From Actinomycetota bacterium (GTDB lineage Bacteria > Actinomycetota > UBA4738), in the NCBI GenBank assembly GCA_035623615.1, contig DASPTB010000227.1, forward strand, positions 1-63,146: a stretch of 63,146 nucleotides of DNA. The letters are read 5' to 3'. The translations under genes and the position numbers were made by a program. Below, one piece after another: positions 1 to 8,657 of this stretch (position 1 is the first letter of the stretch; every line of letters begins with the position of its first letter). The notes below the pieces were generated by a model, which saw only the letters and a program-made list of their open reading frames with translations, made no database searches and was not told where the DNA came from.

Positions 1-485
1 GGGATGAAGTACTGATGCCCGTTCGACTGCCCCACCTTGACCATGTCGGGGTTCAGCTGGCTGAAGCTGGGCAGCAGGCTCGTGTCCCACGGCTGCACCA
101 GGCCGCGGTCGATGTAGTCCTTCACGTTCTCATTGCAGGGATGCATGATGTCGAATTGCGTCTGAGTCGCCTTGTTCAGCGCCTGGTCGTCGTCCTGGAT
201 GTACGAGTACGTGATGCCGGAGGCACCGAACTTCTTCGTGTAGTCGGCGCCGGACTTCAGCCCGTACGTCTGTGCCTTGGTCCCGGAGGCCTCGTAGCCA
301 CCCCATTCGAGGATGGACATCTTGCCGCTCTCCGCGCCGATTGGTGGGTTCTTCGAGGGCGTCGGCGACGCGCCGCCACCCGACCCCGAACCGGATCCAC
401 ACGCGGCGAGCACGCCCGCACCGGCGAGGCCCACCGCGCCCGAGAGGAACCTTCGTCGATCGATCCCCCGCTGGTCCAACGTCAC
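1..485 (-). CDS. ABC transporter substrate-binding lipoprotein, PotD/PotF-like (partial; C-terminus lies outside the window)
   Basis: Absent from the ORF track because it runs off the left edge. Minus-strand translation from GTG 485 gives VTLDQRGIDRRRFLSGAVGLAGAGVLAACGSGSGSGGG...KMSILEWGGYEASGTKAQTYG...FDIMHPCNENVKDYIDRGLVQPWDTSLLPSF. It has a twin-arginine motif, a lipobox (LAAC), and GGGAGG 5 nt upstream of the GTG. Confidence 0.7.
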   Translation of the reverse strand, partial: MTLDQRGIDRRRFLSGAVGLAGAGVLAACGSGSGSGGGASPTPSKNPPIGAESGKMSILEWGGYEASGTKAQTYGLKSGADYTKKFGASGITYSYIQDDDQALNKATQTQFDIMHPCNENVKDYIDRGLVQPWDTSLLPSFSQLNPDMVKVGQSNGHQYFI

Positions 486-609
486 CGCCCCCTCCCAGAA
501 AAAGGTCTGGACCGCCGCCGCCTTCCTACACGCGGCCTGCTGGCTTGTCAAGGCAACCGCCGCGCGCAGGCGCGCCGGGTCGCCGTGGCGTCGGTCGACG
601 CGCAGCGAC

Positions 610-615
610 TAGGCT
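610..615 (+). promoter_or_regulatory. Possible -10 box (TAGGCT) for a leaderless or very short-leader nthB transcript
   Basis: A TANNNT hexamer lies 9 nt upstream of the nthB ATG. The only purine run (GAGG) abuts the ATG, so there is no properly spaced SD. Confidence 0.25.
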
Positions 616-624
616 GCGTCGAGG

Positions 625-1293
625 ATGGACGGCGTTCACGACATGGGCGGCATGCAGGGTTTCGGGGACGTGGTGCGGCCGGACTCGGACGGCGCGATCC
701 GTTCGTGGGAGCTTCGCGTGTTCGCCCTGAACATGCTGAGCGGAATCCAGGGACTGGAAGGAGGTCCCGGTTTCCGTGCCCGCATCGAGAGCATGCCGGC
801 AGAGCGGTACCTCGAGGCGAGCTACTACGAGCGATGGCTGTGGAGGGTCGAGCAGGACCTGCTCGCCGGCGGAACGATCGCGCCCGGCGAGGTCGAGGAC
901 ATGATGGAGCGGCTCCGCGCCGGCGAGGCGGCCCCCACGTCCTCCGACCCGGAGCTGGTGACGCGAACCGTCGACGAGCTGCGCAAGCCCTATCCCCTCG
1001 CGGCCGCCACCAGTCCCCGCTTCGCCGCCGGCGACCGCGTCCGCGTCCGGCGGATGCGTCCCGCGACGCACAACCGCTGCCCTCGATACGTCCGTGGCGC
1101 CTCCGGCGTCGTGCATGCAGTCCAGGGCGAGGACCGGCTGCCGGGCGCCCCGGGCGGTGGACCGCGCGAAGCCGTCTACAGCGTCGCGTTCCCGTCGGCG
1201 GGGCTGTGGGGTCCGAGCGGAGGGGGAACGTGGACCGTGCTGATCGACCTGTGGGAGAGCTACATGGAACCCGAGGAGGGCGGAGATGGATGA
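625..1293 (+). CDS. nthB: Nitrile hydratase beta subunit
   Basis: N-terminus [14 protein letters not shown] and the C-terminal [10 protein letters not shown]...[12 protein letters not shown]...[10 protein letters not shown] match the beta-subunit pattern. It overlaps the alpha start by 8 nt. Confidence 0.93.
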   Translation: MDGVHDMGGMQGFGDVVRPDSDGAIRSWELRVFALNMLSGIQGLEGGPGFRARIESMPAERYLEASYYERWLWRVEQDLLAGGTIAPGEVEDMMERLRAGEAAPTSSDPELVTRTVDELRKPYPLAAATSPRFAAGDRVRVRRMRPATHNRCPRYVRGASGVVHAVQGEDRLPGAPGGGPREAVYSVAFPSAGLWGPSGGGTWTVLIDLWESYMEPEEGGDG

Positions 1294-1951
1294 CCACGAC
1301 CACAACGACCACGAGCACGACCACGGCGACCACGACCACGGCGACGGTGGGCACCACCCGCGGCCGGCTTCCGACGCCGAGCTGCGGACCCGGGCGCTGG
1401 AGGCGCTGCTGGTCGAGAAGGGCCTGATCTCGACCGACGCCGTCGACGCGGTCGTGGAGATGTACGAGCACGACGTGGGGCCGCAGAACGGCGCGAAGGT
1501 CGTGGCCCGCGCGTGGGTCGACCCCGAGTTCCGACGACGGTTGCTGGCGGACGGGACGGCCGCCATCGCCGAGCTCGGGTTCGGCGGAGCCGAGGGCAGC
1601 AAGATGGCCGTCGTCGAGAACACGCCGTCGGTGCACAACGTGATCGTCTGCACGCTCTGCTCCTGCTACCCCTGGCCCGTCCTCGGGCTGCCGCCCACGT
1701 GGTACAAGAGCGCCGCGTACCGTTCGCGCGTGGTCGCCGAGCCGAGGGCGGTGCTGGCGGAGTTCGGCTTGGAGATCGGACCGGAGGTCGAGCTCCGCGT
1801 CTGGGACTCGAGCGCCGAGGTGCGCTACCTGGTGCTGCCCGAGCGGCCGCCGGGGACGGAGAACCTGACCGAGGAGGAGCTCACGGCCCTCGTTCCGCGC
1901 GACGCGATGATCGGCACCGCCCGGGCGCTCGAGCCGGAGGCGGTTCGGTGA
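1286..1951 (+). CDS. nthA: Nitrile hydratase alpha subunit, cobalt type, with a His/Asp-rich N-terminal tract
   Basis: The metal-site motif [22 protein letters not shown] (Thr/Tyr variant) indicates the Co type. GAGGAGG lies upstream of ATG 1286. The first ~25 residues are [24 protein letters not shown]. Confidence 0.95.
   Translation: MDDHDHNDHEHDHGDHDHGDGGHHPRPASDAELRTRALEALLVEKGLISTDAVDAVVEMYEHDVGPQNGAKVVARAWVDPEFRRRLLADGTAAIAELGFGGAEGSKMAVVENTPSVHNVIVCTLCSCYPWPVLGLPPTWYKSAAYRSRVVAEPRAVLAEFGLEIGPEVELRVWDSSAEVRYLVLPERPPGTENLTEEELTALVPRDAMIGTARALEPEAVR
1292..1345 (+). repeat. Imperfect GACCAC (Asp-His codon) repeat tract inside nthA
   Basis: Sequence is gaccacgaccacaacgaccacgagcacgaccacggcgaccacgaccacggcgac. 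It is coding low complexity. Confidence 0.8.
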
Positions 1952-2271
1952 CCGACCGCGCGATCATCGACCGTGTGGACGCGTCGCTCTCCGGCGCGGC
2001 GCCGCTGCCACGGGACAACGGCGAGCTCGTCTTCGAGGAGCCGTGGCAGGGCCGCGCTCTCGGGATGGGCGTCGCCGTCATGGACCGGTTCCACATCCCG
2101 AGCGACGAGTTCCGAACGCACCTGGTCGCCGCGATCAGGGCGCACCCCCAGACGCCCGGCGAGTCGGCGGCGACGGCGTATTACGCCGCGTGGATCGAGG
2201 CGCTCGAGCGGCTCCTGGCCGAGCGGAGGCTGCTCAGCCGACCGAACGGCGAAACGCCGCCGCCATCCTGA
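1948..2271 (+). CDS. Nitrile hydratase accessory (activator) protein
   Basis: GTG 1948 overlaps the nthA stop (GTGA). The product [44 protein letters not shown]... resembles the small beta-like activator that follows Co-type alpha genes. I trimmed the longer track ORF 1513..2271 to this start. Confidence 0.8.
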   Translation: MTDRAIIDRVDASLSGAAPLPRDNGELVFEEPWQGRALGMGVAVMDRFHIPSDEFRTHLVAAIRAHPQTPGESAATAYYAAWIEALERLLAERRLLSRPNGETPPPS

Positions 2272-3601
2272 GCTCCGACGCTGTCGGCGGGCCTTCCTGA
2301 AGCGTGCCGGCGGCCAGGGCGTCCATGTAGCCTCCCGTGGAGCCGGGGTCGGAGAGCATCTCCTGCCAGGCAACGGCCGTGGCCGCGGGAGTGACGGCCG
2401 GCGGCGGCGCGACCGGGGTGCCCGCCTTCGTCTTCGGCAGGATCAAGATCGCGCTCGAGACGTCGCGCTGGCAGATCACGGGAAGACAGTCGGTGGGCTT
2501 GTTGACGAGCCCGTAGCGCTTGGTCCACATCGTCGTGCTGCCGCCTCCGTCGAGATTCATCGCGTTCACCGCGCCGAGGCTCTTCATCTCGTTCGCGAAC
2601 GCCGAGAGCGCCATCCCGGACGACCAGCCGGGATTCCTTCCGTCCACGGTTACCAGAAGGACCTTGCCGGTCTTCGTGACGCCCACGCCGGTCCTCGGAT
2701 TCACCGAGCAGAGGTACCCGCACCCCGTGGGAGCGACGACCTTGCCGCCGACGACCAGCATGGGCCCGCCGCCGATGCTGCTGCTCACGTCCGAGAAGGT
2801 TCCGGGCGCCCCGATGCTCCAGGTGAGCGAGACGCTCGCCCCTTGGACGAGCGACTGAACGGTTGTCGCCCCGGTTCCCGAGCGCGTGGACGCGAGCATC
2901 ACGTCTCCGTTCAGCGCCATGCGCGAGGACTGGCACTTCATCGCATCGACTGTGTACGTGCGCGAGATGCCCTCGCGGCCGGCTTCCCACGAGAGCCCGC
3001 CGGACGGGACCATGCGCGCGAAGCAGCCGCTCGACGGCGGCTGAGCGACCGAGCCGCCCACGGGCGTGTAGCCGGCCACCTGCCCCGTCTTCGGCTTGCC
3101 GGTGTTCCATGTGTTGACCTTGAACGTCGAGGTGGAGCCCGCGAGTTGGCCGACCACATGAACATTCGCACGTGCGACATACGAGTGTTTCTCGTCGACC
3201 GACACCGCGAACGCGGAGTCGAGCGACCCTGTCTCGAAGACGGCTCCGTCGTGCGTGAACGAATGGACCGGCCGTTCGGGCCACGTCCCGTAGTCGCCGT
3301 TGACCGCCGCGATGGCGCCGTTGGAGGTGGCCATCGAGCCGACCGTCGCGAACGTGCCGAACGTCGGGGCGGCGAGGACCGACGAGACCATCACGACCTT
3401 CGTGGGGTCGACCGTCAGGACGCGGATCCGCTCGGGTCCGGTCGAGAGTCTGATCTCGGTCAGGGTGAGCCCGGGGGCAAGCTGGTGGACGACCTTCGAG
3501 ACGCTCGCCCCCGCAGGCTCCGTGCCGAATGCCGACGCCGATCCGGTGAGCGCGAGAAGGAGCGCGCCGCACAGCGCGAGCCTCGTCCTCCCGATCCTCA
3601 C
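2234..3601 (-). CDS. Secreted phosphodiester glycosidase family protein (NAGPA/DUF2233-like)
   Basis: Start set at GTG 3601, giving VRIGRTRLALCGALLLALTGSASA as a signal peptide. The C-terminal half carries VNAMNLDGGGSTTMW, typical of the family. It overlaps the convergent accessory gene by 38 nt. Confidence 0.75.
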   Translation of the reverse strand: MRIGRTRLALCGALLLALTGSASAFGTEPAGASVSKVVHQLAPGLTLTEIRLSTGPERIRVLTVDPTKVVMVSSVLAAPTFGTFATVGSMATSNGAIAAVNGDYGTWPERPVHSFTHDGAVFETGSLDSAFAVSVDEKHSYVARANVHVVGQLAGSTSTFKVNTWNTGKPKTGQVAGYTPVGGSVAQPPSSGCFARMVPSGGLSWEAGREGISRTYTVDAMKCQSSRMALNGDVMLASTRSGTGATTVQSLVQGASVSLTWSIGAPGTFSDVSSSIGGGPMLVVGGKVVAPTGCGYLCSVNPRTGVGVTKTGKVLLVTVDGRNPGWSSGMALSAFANEMKSLGAVNAMNLDGGGSTTMWTKRYGLVNKPTDCLPVICQRDVSSAILILPKTKAGTPVAPPPAVTPAATAVAWQEMLSDPGSTGGYMDALAAGTLQEGPPTASELRMAAAFRRSVG

Positions 3602-3709
3602 TCGCCTTATAGATCGGCGTTCCGACCCGCAAATCTTGACCGGATCAGCCGCAGAGGCCGCCGGGAATCTGCTCGAAACCGCCGCCGCCGGCATCCGCCG
3701 GCGCGGGCG

Positions 3710-5089
3710 TCACTCGACCGGCTCCAGCCGAAGGACGGTCTCGGCGCCCGTGAACAGGGCGACGACGCGTCCGGCGGCGTTCCGGCGGAAACGCACGATC
3801 TCTCCGGACTCGCGGAACCCCGGTCCGACGACGAACGCACCCGTGTCGTCCGAGGGGACGAGCGTGGGCAGCCAGTCCGCGTCCTTGTTCGACAGCATCG
3901 TGAGCTTGCCCTCTCGCCACTCCACGCGGATGATCTCGCCCACCTGGGGCTGGAGGTAGAGGCCGAGGAGGGGCGCGTACGCCTCGGGCATGGGGGGCGG
4001 GAGCTCGATCTCGGACCCCGCGGCCGCCACCGTCTCCCTCGCGATCGTCGCGAGATCCATCGCGAGGGCAGCGGCGTCCTCGTCACCGTTCACGAGCGCG
4101 ATCGCTCCCACCCGATGCCTTGGATCGAAGCACACGTTGCTGCTGAACCCCGGCAGCGAACCGGAGTGCTGCACCCAGATCACGTCGCCGCGACGAATCG
4201 CGTACCAGCCGATCGCCCACGCCTCCGTCCATGCGGCGTCCGACAGATACCGGGCCGTGTGCATCTCGACGAGCGACGACCCGCTCAGGACCTGGCGCCC
4301 CCCTCGAGGTCCGCCGTCCTCACGCAGCTGGAACGAAACCCACAGCGCCAGGTCGTCGACGCACGACCACAGTCCGCCCTCGGCGCCGATGGAAGGAAAG
4401 GCAGCCGACGGCACGAGTTCGTCGGAGAGGAAGCGAGCGTCGTACGGGGTCGCGGCGCGCTCGGTCAACTCCGACGGCAGCGGCTCGAAGGTCGTGGCGG
4501 CCATGCCCAGCGGCTCGAGGATTTCCGCGCGGACGTACTCCTCGTACGGCCGGCCCGACACTCGGGCGACGATCTCACCGAGGAGCTGGAAGGCAAGGTT
4601 CGAGTACTTCAGCTGCCGGTTCGCGGGGATCCGCATCCCGATCTCGCTTGCCCGCGCCAGGCTCTGCGCGGCGGCGGCCTCGTACGCGTACCCGGTCCAG
4701 TCGGTGCCGGGCGGCTCGCTCGCGAGCCCGGACTCGTGGGAGAGCATTCGCCGGATCGTGACGCCCTCGATCGGGCCGAACGGCGCCCGCGCCGCGGCGA
4801 GCTCGGGCAGGTGGACCACCGCGGGATCGTCGAGCTGCAGCTTCCCTTCGTCCCTGAGCTGCACGATCGCCGTCGCGGTGAAGGTCTTGGTGATCGACGC
4901 GACGCGACACAGCATCGCCGGACTCGCCGCACGGCCCGCGGTTCGATCCGCGTGGCCGACGCCGGCCGCCCACACGAGCTCGTCGCCGTGGACGACGCCG
5001 ACAGCCGCTCCGGCGAGGCGCCGCTCCTTGACGAAGCGCGCGGCCGTCGCTCCGAGCCGGGAGGCCGAGTCGGAGACGGGTGAGGCCAT
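3710..5089 (-). CDS. Serine hydrolase, beta-lactamase/DD-peptidase fold (class C-like esterase/PBP), with a C-terminal extra domain
   Basis: It carries the SxxK motif (SITK), YxN (YSN) and HSG (HSGSLPGF). About 100 aa follow the catalytic domain. Confidence 0.85.
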   Translation of the reverse strand: MASPVSDSASRLGATAARFVKERRLAGAAVGVVHGDELVWAAGVGHADRTAGRAASPAMLCRVASITKTFTATAIVQLRDEGKLQLDDPAVVHLPELAAARAPFGPIEGVTIRRMLSHESGLASEPPGTDWTGYAYEAAAAQSLARASEIGMRIPANRQLKYSNLAFQLLGEIVARVSGRPYEEYVRAEILEPLGMAATTFEPLPSELTERAATPYDARFLSDELVPSAAFPSIGAEGGLWSCVDDLALWVSFQLREDGGPRGGRQVLSGSSLVEMHTARYLSDAAWTEAWAIGWYAIRRGDVIWVQHSGSLPGFSSNVCFDPRHRVGAIALVNGDEDAAALAMDLATIARETVAAAGSEIELPPPMPEAYAPLLGLYLQPQVGEIIRVEWREGKLTMLSNKDADWLPTLVPSDDTGAFVVGPGFRESGEIVRFRRNAAGRVVALFTGAETVLRLEPVE

Positions 5090-5144
5090 GGCCCGAATGC
5101 TACCCGCTGCATCCGCACCCGAGGAGTCCGGGCCTCGTCCCTCC

Positions 5145-5927
5145 TTAGGTCGACGCCATCCACGCGACGCTGAACGCCGTGCCGGCGCCGTTCAGCGGAC
5201 CGGGCTGCGCCTTCACCTTGCTCCGGTCGCTCTTGGACACCATCGTGATCTCGTCGTTCGTCCAGTGACCGTCCGTGATCGTGCCGCTGTGGCCCGCGAT
5301 CCCGGCCTTGCTCGCCTCGAAGTTCACAGTCCCAAAGTCGGAGAGGGGCAGCACGCCGCCTGCCGACGGCGCCTCGGCGATCCACTCCGCGGACGAGCGC
5401 TGGCACGACGCTGCCTCGCACGCGGAGGTCCGGGTGAACCCACGGCCGGACGTCTTGTCCTTGACCGTCAGCTTGAACGAGCCGCCGTCGTAGGCGACCT
5501 TCGCGACGATCACGTCCCCCGCGTGGATGGAGAACACGGGAACCTCGTACAGCGGGTACATCTCCCACCACACGTCGTAGCTCGCGGTGCCACCCGAGCA
5601 ATCCGCCTCGGACCCATCCTGCTCGACGGAGTTGGACGTGTAACCGTCGAGACCCACCCAGAACGACGAGTAGCCGGTGGGCGTCTTCGAGCAGTCGACC
5701 GCCGGCTGCGTCCACTTCCCCGACACCTTGGTGAAAGGCGCCGATCCTTCCAGCGCCGCATACCCCGACCAGTTGGTCGACGTCGACGCCGCGGGCTGCA
5801 CGCGAAGGCTCGTGACCGGCCCCACCCGACGCGCGAGCGGCGGTCTCGTGGCCGCGCCCGCCGAGGCTTGCCACGGCAAGCCGACGACGAACAGCGTCAC
5901 GGAGAACGCAACGAGCAACTTTCTCAT
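5145..5927 (-). CDS. Secreted peptidase G1 (eqolisin/glutamic peptidase) family protein
   Basis: Start is ATG 5927 with AAGGAGG upstream. The signal peptide is MRKLLVAFSVTLFVVGLPWQASA. Motifs are NWSGY, SFWVGLDG, VEQDG (candidate catalytic Gln) and AEWIAE (candidate catalytic Glu). Confidence 0.8.
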   Translation of the reverse strand: MRKLLVAFSVTLFVVGLPWQASAGAATRPPLARRVGPVTSLRVQPAASTSTNWSGYAALEGSAPFTKVSGKWTQPAVDCSKTPTGYSSFWVGLDGYTSNSVEQDGSEADCSGGTASYDVWWEMYPLYEVPVFSIHAGDVIVAKVAYDGGSFKLTVKDKTSGRGFTRTSACEAASCQRSSAEWIAEAPSAGGVLPLSDFGTVNFEASKAGIAGHSGTITDGHWTNDEITMVSKSDRSKVKAQPGPLNGAGTAFSVAWMAST

Positions 5928-6012
5928 GACCCTCCTTCGATCGAACCGGCCGGACGACCCATCGAACCACGCTCCCGCGACCAACCGCAAGACGTTCGTC
6001 GGGTCCGAAGGC

Positions 6013-7203
6013 CTAGACCCGGCCCTCGTTCAAGGCCGCCGCGATCGCCTGGACCGCCGCAACCGTGACGCGGCTGAAACGGGGGCTGAGCGCCGTCGGC
6101 CATGTGGAGAACTTGGCGACGACTGTCTGGGTCGGAACGTGTACGAACACGTTCTGCCCGTTGATCCCCGACGCGTTGAAGAACGGGATCGACGGGTACC
6201 GAACCCACCAGCAGTTCCGGTAGTGCGCGCCCTTCGGGTAGCCCGGCGGGTTGTCGCCCTCGGCGAAGGCGCGAGGCCCGTCCGCCGCGCCCCGGACCGT
6301 GTCCCTGATCCAGGCGGGCGGCACGATCCCCCGCCGTCCTTCGCTCGCGCGCAGGATCGTCTGCCCGAACCGCGCGAGGTCGCGGAGCGTCGCGCACATC
6401 CCACCGTCGGCCATCGCGTTGCCGTGCGCGTCCACGGTGATCTCCGCGTCGAACTCGGCGCCCATCGGTTGCCAGAGCTCGCGCGAGATGAGCTCGGGCA
6501 GCCGGGCGCCGCCCGCGCGTTCGACGACCCACCCGAGCACGTCGGTCAGGATAGAGCGGTACCGAAACGGCCCGCCGTGCCGGCCGTCGTTGCGCAGCGT
6601 GGCGAAATAGCCGATCGCGTCCTCCGGCAGCCTCTTCCCTTCGCGGGGACGCCACAGGTACACCTGCTCGTAGACCCGGACGTCGGCGTCGACGTTCTCG
6701 TACGTCTCGTCGAAGCGCGTCCCGGTCCGCATATCGAGGAGGTGCTGCACGCTCGCTCCTTCGAACGACGTGCCCGCGAGCTCGGGCACCACGTCGGTCA
6801 CGGGTGCGGTCGGATCGAGCTCGCCTCGGCCCGCCAGGATGCCGGCGACCGTGGACGTCACGGACTTCGACACCGACATGAGCAGGTGCGTGGCGTCCGG
6901 GATCATCCCGTTGAAGTACCGCTCGGTGACAACGCGACCGCGATGCAGGACGAGGAACCCGTCCGTGTACGACTGCTCGAGCATGCGGTCCACGTCCCAC
7001 GTCCGGCCGCCGACGTCGAACGTGATCCGGGAAAGGTCGCGCTCGTTACGGGGGAGCCCGCGAGACGAAGCGTCGCCCCTACGGATGCGGGCCGTGGGAA
7101 TGAGATCGCGGACGCGCTGGAACGACCAGCGGTTGAACGGCGGTTCCTGCCAATTGGCAAGCGTCACGAGCCGCTCGGGCGCAAACGGCGGCACGCCCGA
7201 CAT
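6013..7203 (-). CDS. NylB-like serine hydrolase (6-aminohexanoate-dimer hydrolase family, beta-lactamase fold)
   Basis: Starts at ATG 7203 inside track ORF 6013..8268. Motifs are NWQEPPFNRWSF, LEQSYTDGFLVL, HLLMSVSKS (SxxK) and GINGQNVFV...FSTWP. These match my recollection of NylB-family signatures. Confidence 0.85.
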   Translation of the reverse strand: MSGVPPFAPERLVTLANWQEPPFNRWSFQRVRDLIPTARIRRGDASSRGLPRNERDLSRITFDVGGRTWDVDRMLEQSYTDGFLVLHRGRVVTERYFNGMIPDATHLLMSVSKSVTSTVAGILAGRGELDPTAPVTDVVPELAGTSFEGASVQHLLDMRTGTRFDETYENVDADVRVYEQVYLWRPREGKRLPEDAIGYFATLRNDGRHGGPFRYRSILTDVLGWVVERAGGARLPELISRELWQPMGAEFDAEITVDAHGNAMADGGMCATLRDLARFGQTILRASEGRRGIVPPAWIRDTVRGAADGPRAFAEGDNPPGYPKGAHYRNCWWVRYPSIPFFNASGINGQNVFVHVPTQTVVAKFSTWPTALSPRFSRVTVAAVQAIAAALNEGRV

Positions 7204-7238
7204 CAGATCGAGCCGCTCCGCGGTGTCGCGTGGGCCGG

Positions 7239-8657
7239 TCACAGGTCGGGACGACGGTCCGGCGCGTCGAGCCAGGGCAGGAGCCGCTCGTGCGCAGCGG
7301 CCACGCGGAACGCGGTGACGTCGTCGTAGGTCCGCCCGACCACCGAGAGGCCCGTCGGGACCCCCTCGCGCGACAACCCGGACGGGATGCTCAGCACCGG
7401 GCAGCGGCTCGAGATGTTGAAGGGCAGCGTCATCAGGACCGCAAGACCGTCGACGCTCACGCCGCCCACCTCCACAGGATCGCCGAAGTCGTATTCGGCG
7501 GTCAGGGCGGGAACGGCGAACGTGGGACACACGAGCGCGTCGTACTCCTCGAGCAGGTGGCCGAGCGGCGCGTAGATCTCGCCCTCGATCTTCAGCCCTT
7601 CGACGAACGCCTCCTTGGGGATCCGGTCCGACTCCTCCACGAGCCGCCGGGCGTACGACGTGAGGTCGTCCTTGTGCTGGTCGTAGAACTCTCGCTCGGA
7701 GGCGCCGAAGATCATCGCGAAGTGGATGTCCGCCGCGCGGGTGATCTTCTCGAGCTCCCAGGGAAGCGACACCTCCTCGACGACGGCGCCGGCTTCCCGC
7801 AGCCGGTCGGCCGCCGCCCGCGTGTTCTCGACGACGTCCTCGTGGACCGCGTAGCAGCCCAGATCCGTCGACAGCGCGATCCGCATCCCCGCGACGGGCT
7901 CCAGGCGCTCGGGGATCTCGAGCTTCGGCCGCAAAGAGACGACGTCGCTCGGGTGCGGACCCGCGATCACGTTCTCGAGCAGCGCGCAGTCGGTGACCGT
8001 GCGCGCCAGCGGCCCCTCGTGGCAGTAGTGGTCGAGGTTGAACACCTCGATCTCGGGCACGCGTCCGTACGGTGGCTTGAAGCCCACGACCCCGCAGAAC
8101 GACGAGGGAATCCGGATCGACCCGCCGATGTCCGAGCCCGTCGCGAGCGTCGTCGATCCGGCGGCGAGCGACGCGGCCGAGCCTCCGCTCGACCCGCCTG
8201 GCGAGAACGCGCTGTTCCACGGATTGCGCGTCACGCCCCAGAGCTTGGACCACGTCACCGGCGCGCACGAGAACTCGGGTGTCGTCGTGCGAGCATGGAC
8301 GATGCCGCCGGCGTCGAGGATGCGCTGCACGAAGGCCGCCGTGTGGTCCGCAACGACGTCTCGCAGCGGGAGCGACCCGAGCGTGTTCCGCTGACCCTCG
8401 ATCGGTGCTTCCTCTTTGACGGCGACCGGAATTCCCTCCAGCGGACGCGGATCGCCGGAACCCGCGTACGCCGCCTCCGCTGCACGCGCCTCTTCGAGCG
8501 CCCGCTCGTGGAACGCTTCCGCGAACGCGTTGATCGTCGGCTCGACCTTGTCGGCCCGGTCGAGGACCGCCTGCATCAACTCGACGGGCGAGAGCTCGCG
8601 CGAGCGGAACATGCGGAGCGCGTCCAGCGCAGACAGGTAGTGAAGGTCTTCCATCAT
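7239..8657 (-). CDS. Amidase (amidase-signature family)
   Basis: It carries the GGSSGGSAAS signature and GSDIGGSIRIPSSFCGVVGFKP. ATG 8657 has GGAGG upstream and overlaps the stop of the upstream ATPase gene (ATGA). Confidence 0.92.
   Translation of the reverse strand: MMEDLHYLSALDALRMFRSRELSPVELMQAVLDRADKVEPTINAFAEAFHERALEEARAAEAAYAGSGDPRPLEGIPVAVKEEAPIEGQRNTLGSLPLRDVVADHTAAFVQRILDAGGIVHARTTTPEFSCAPVTWSKLWGVTRNPWNSAFSPGGSSGGSAASLAAGSTTLATGSDIGGSIRIPSSFCGVVGFKPPYGRVPEIEVFNLDHYCHEGPLARTVTDCALLENVIAGPHPSDVVSLRPKLEIPERLEPVAGMRIALSTDLGCYAVHEDVVENTRAAADRLREAGAVVEEVSLPWELEKITRAADIHFAMIFGASEREFYDQHKDDLTSYARRLVEESDRIPKEAFVEGLKIEGEIYAPLGHLLEEYDALVCPTFAVPALTAEYDFGDPVEVGGVSVDGLAVLMTLPFNISSRCPVLSIPSGLSREGVPTGLSVVGRTYDDVTAFRVAAAHERLLPWLDAPDRRPDL

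Noticed and set aside
569-576. GGCGCGCC cores in several intergenic regions (about 569, 24506, 14044 and 56908) as a shared operator.
   Set aside because: An 8-mer of pure G/C is expected many times in 63 kb at this base composition, and it also occurs inside coding sequence (for example near 9686 and 41484). Only the extended 15-mer shared by 14039 and 56903 is reported as a finding.
1286-1293. A beta-alpha fusion nitrile hydratase produced by frameshifting at the 8-nt overlap.
   Set aside because: The beta frame ends in a clean TGA. The alpha frame has its own ATG with a well-spaced GAGGAGG. There is no slippery heptamer. Ordinary translational coupling explains the overlap.
1286-1951. The nitrile-hydratase alpha-like gene as a RiPP precursor (NHLP-type leader peptide) marking a biosynthetic cluster.
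   Set aside because: The protein is full length and retains the intact metal-binding CTLCSC motif. It is flanked by genuine beta and accessory subunits. The window contains no cyclodehydratase, radical-SAM enzyme or peptide exporter. It is an enzyme, not a precursor peptide.
1973-5083. Very long ORFs in the track, such as 1036 aa at 1973..5083 (+), 1025 aa at 18178..21255 (+), 1043 aa at 26273..29404 (-), 753 aa at 27430..29691 (+), and the N-terminal extensions of 6013..8268, 23051..25216, 25999..29985 and 48960..50741.
   Set aside because: Their translations are Arg/Pro/Gly/Ala-rich with no motifs. They run antisense to, or out of frame with, genes that have unmistakable family signatures. 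This is the usual stop-codon-poor artefact of very GC-rich DNA. Only the 3' portion of 18178..21255 (from 20356) and the trimmed sub-ORFs were kept.
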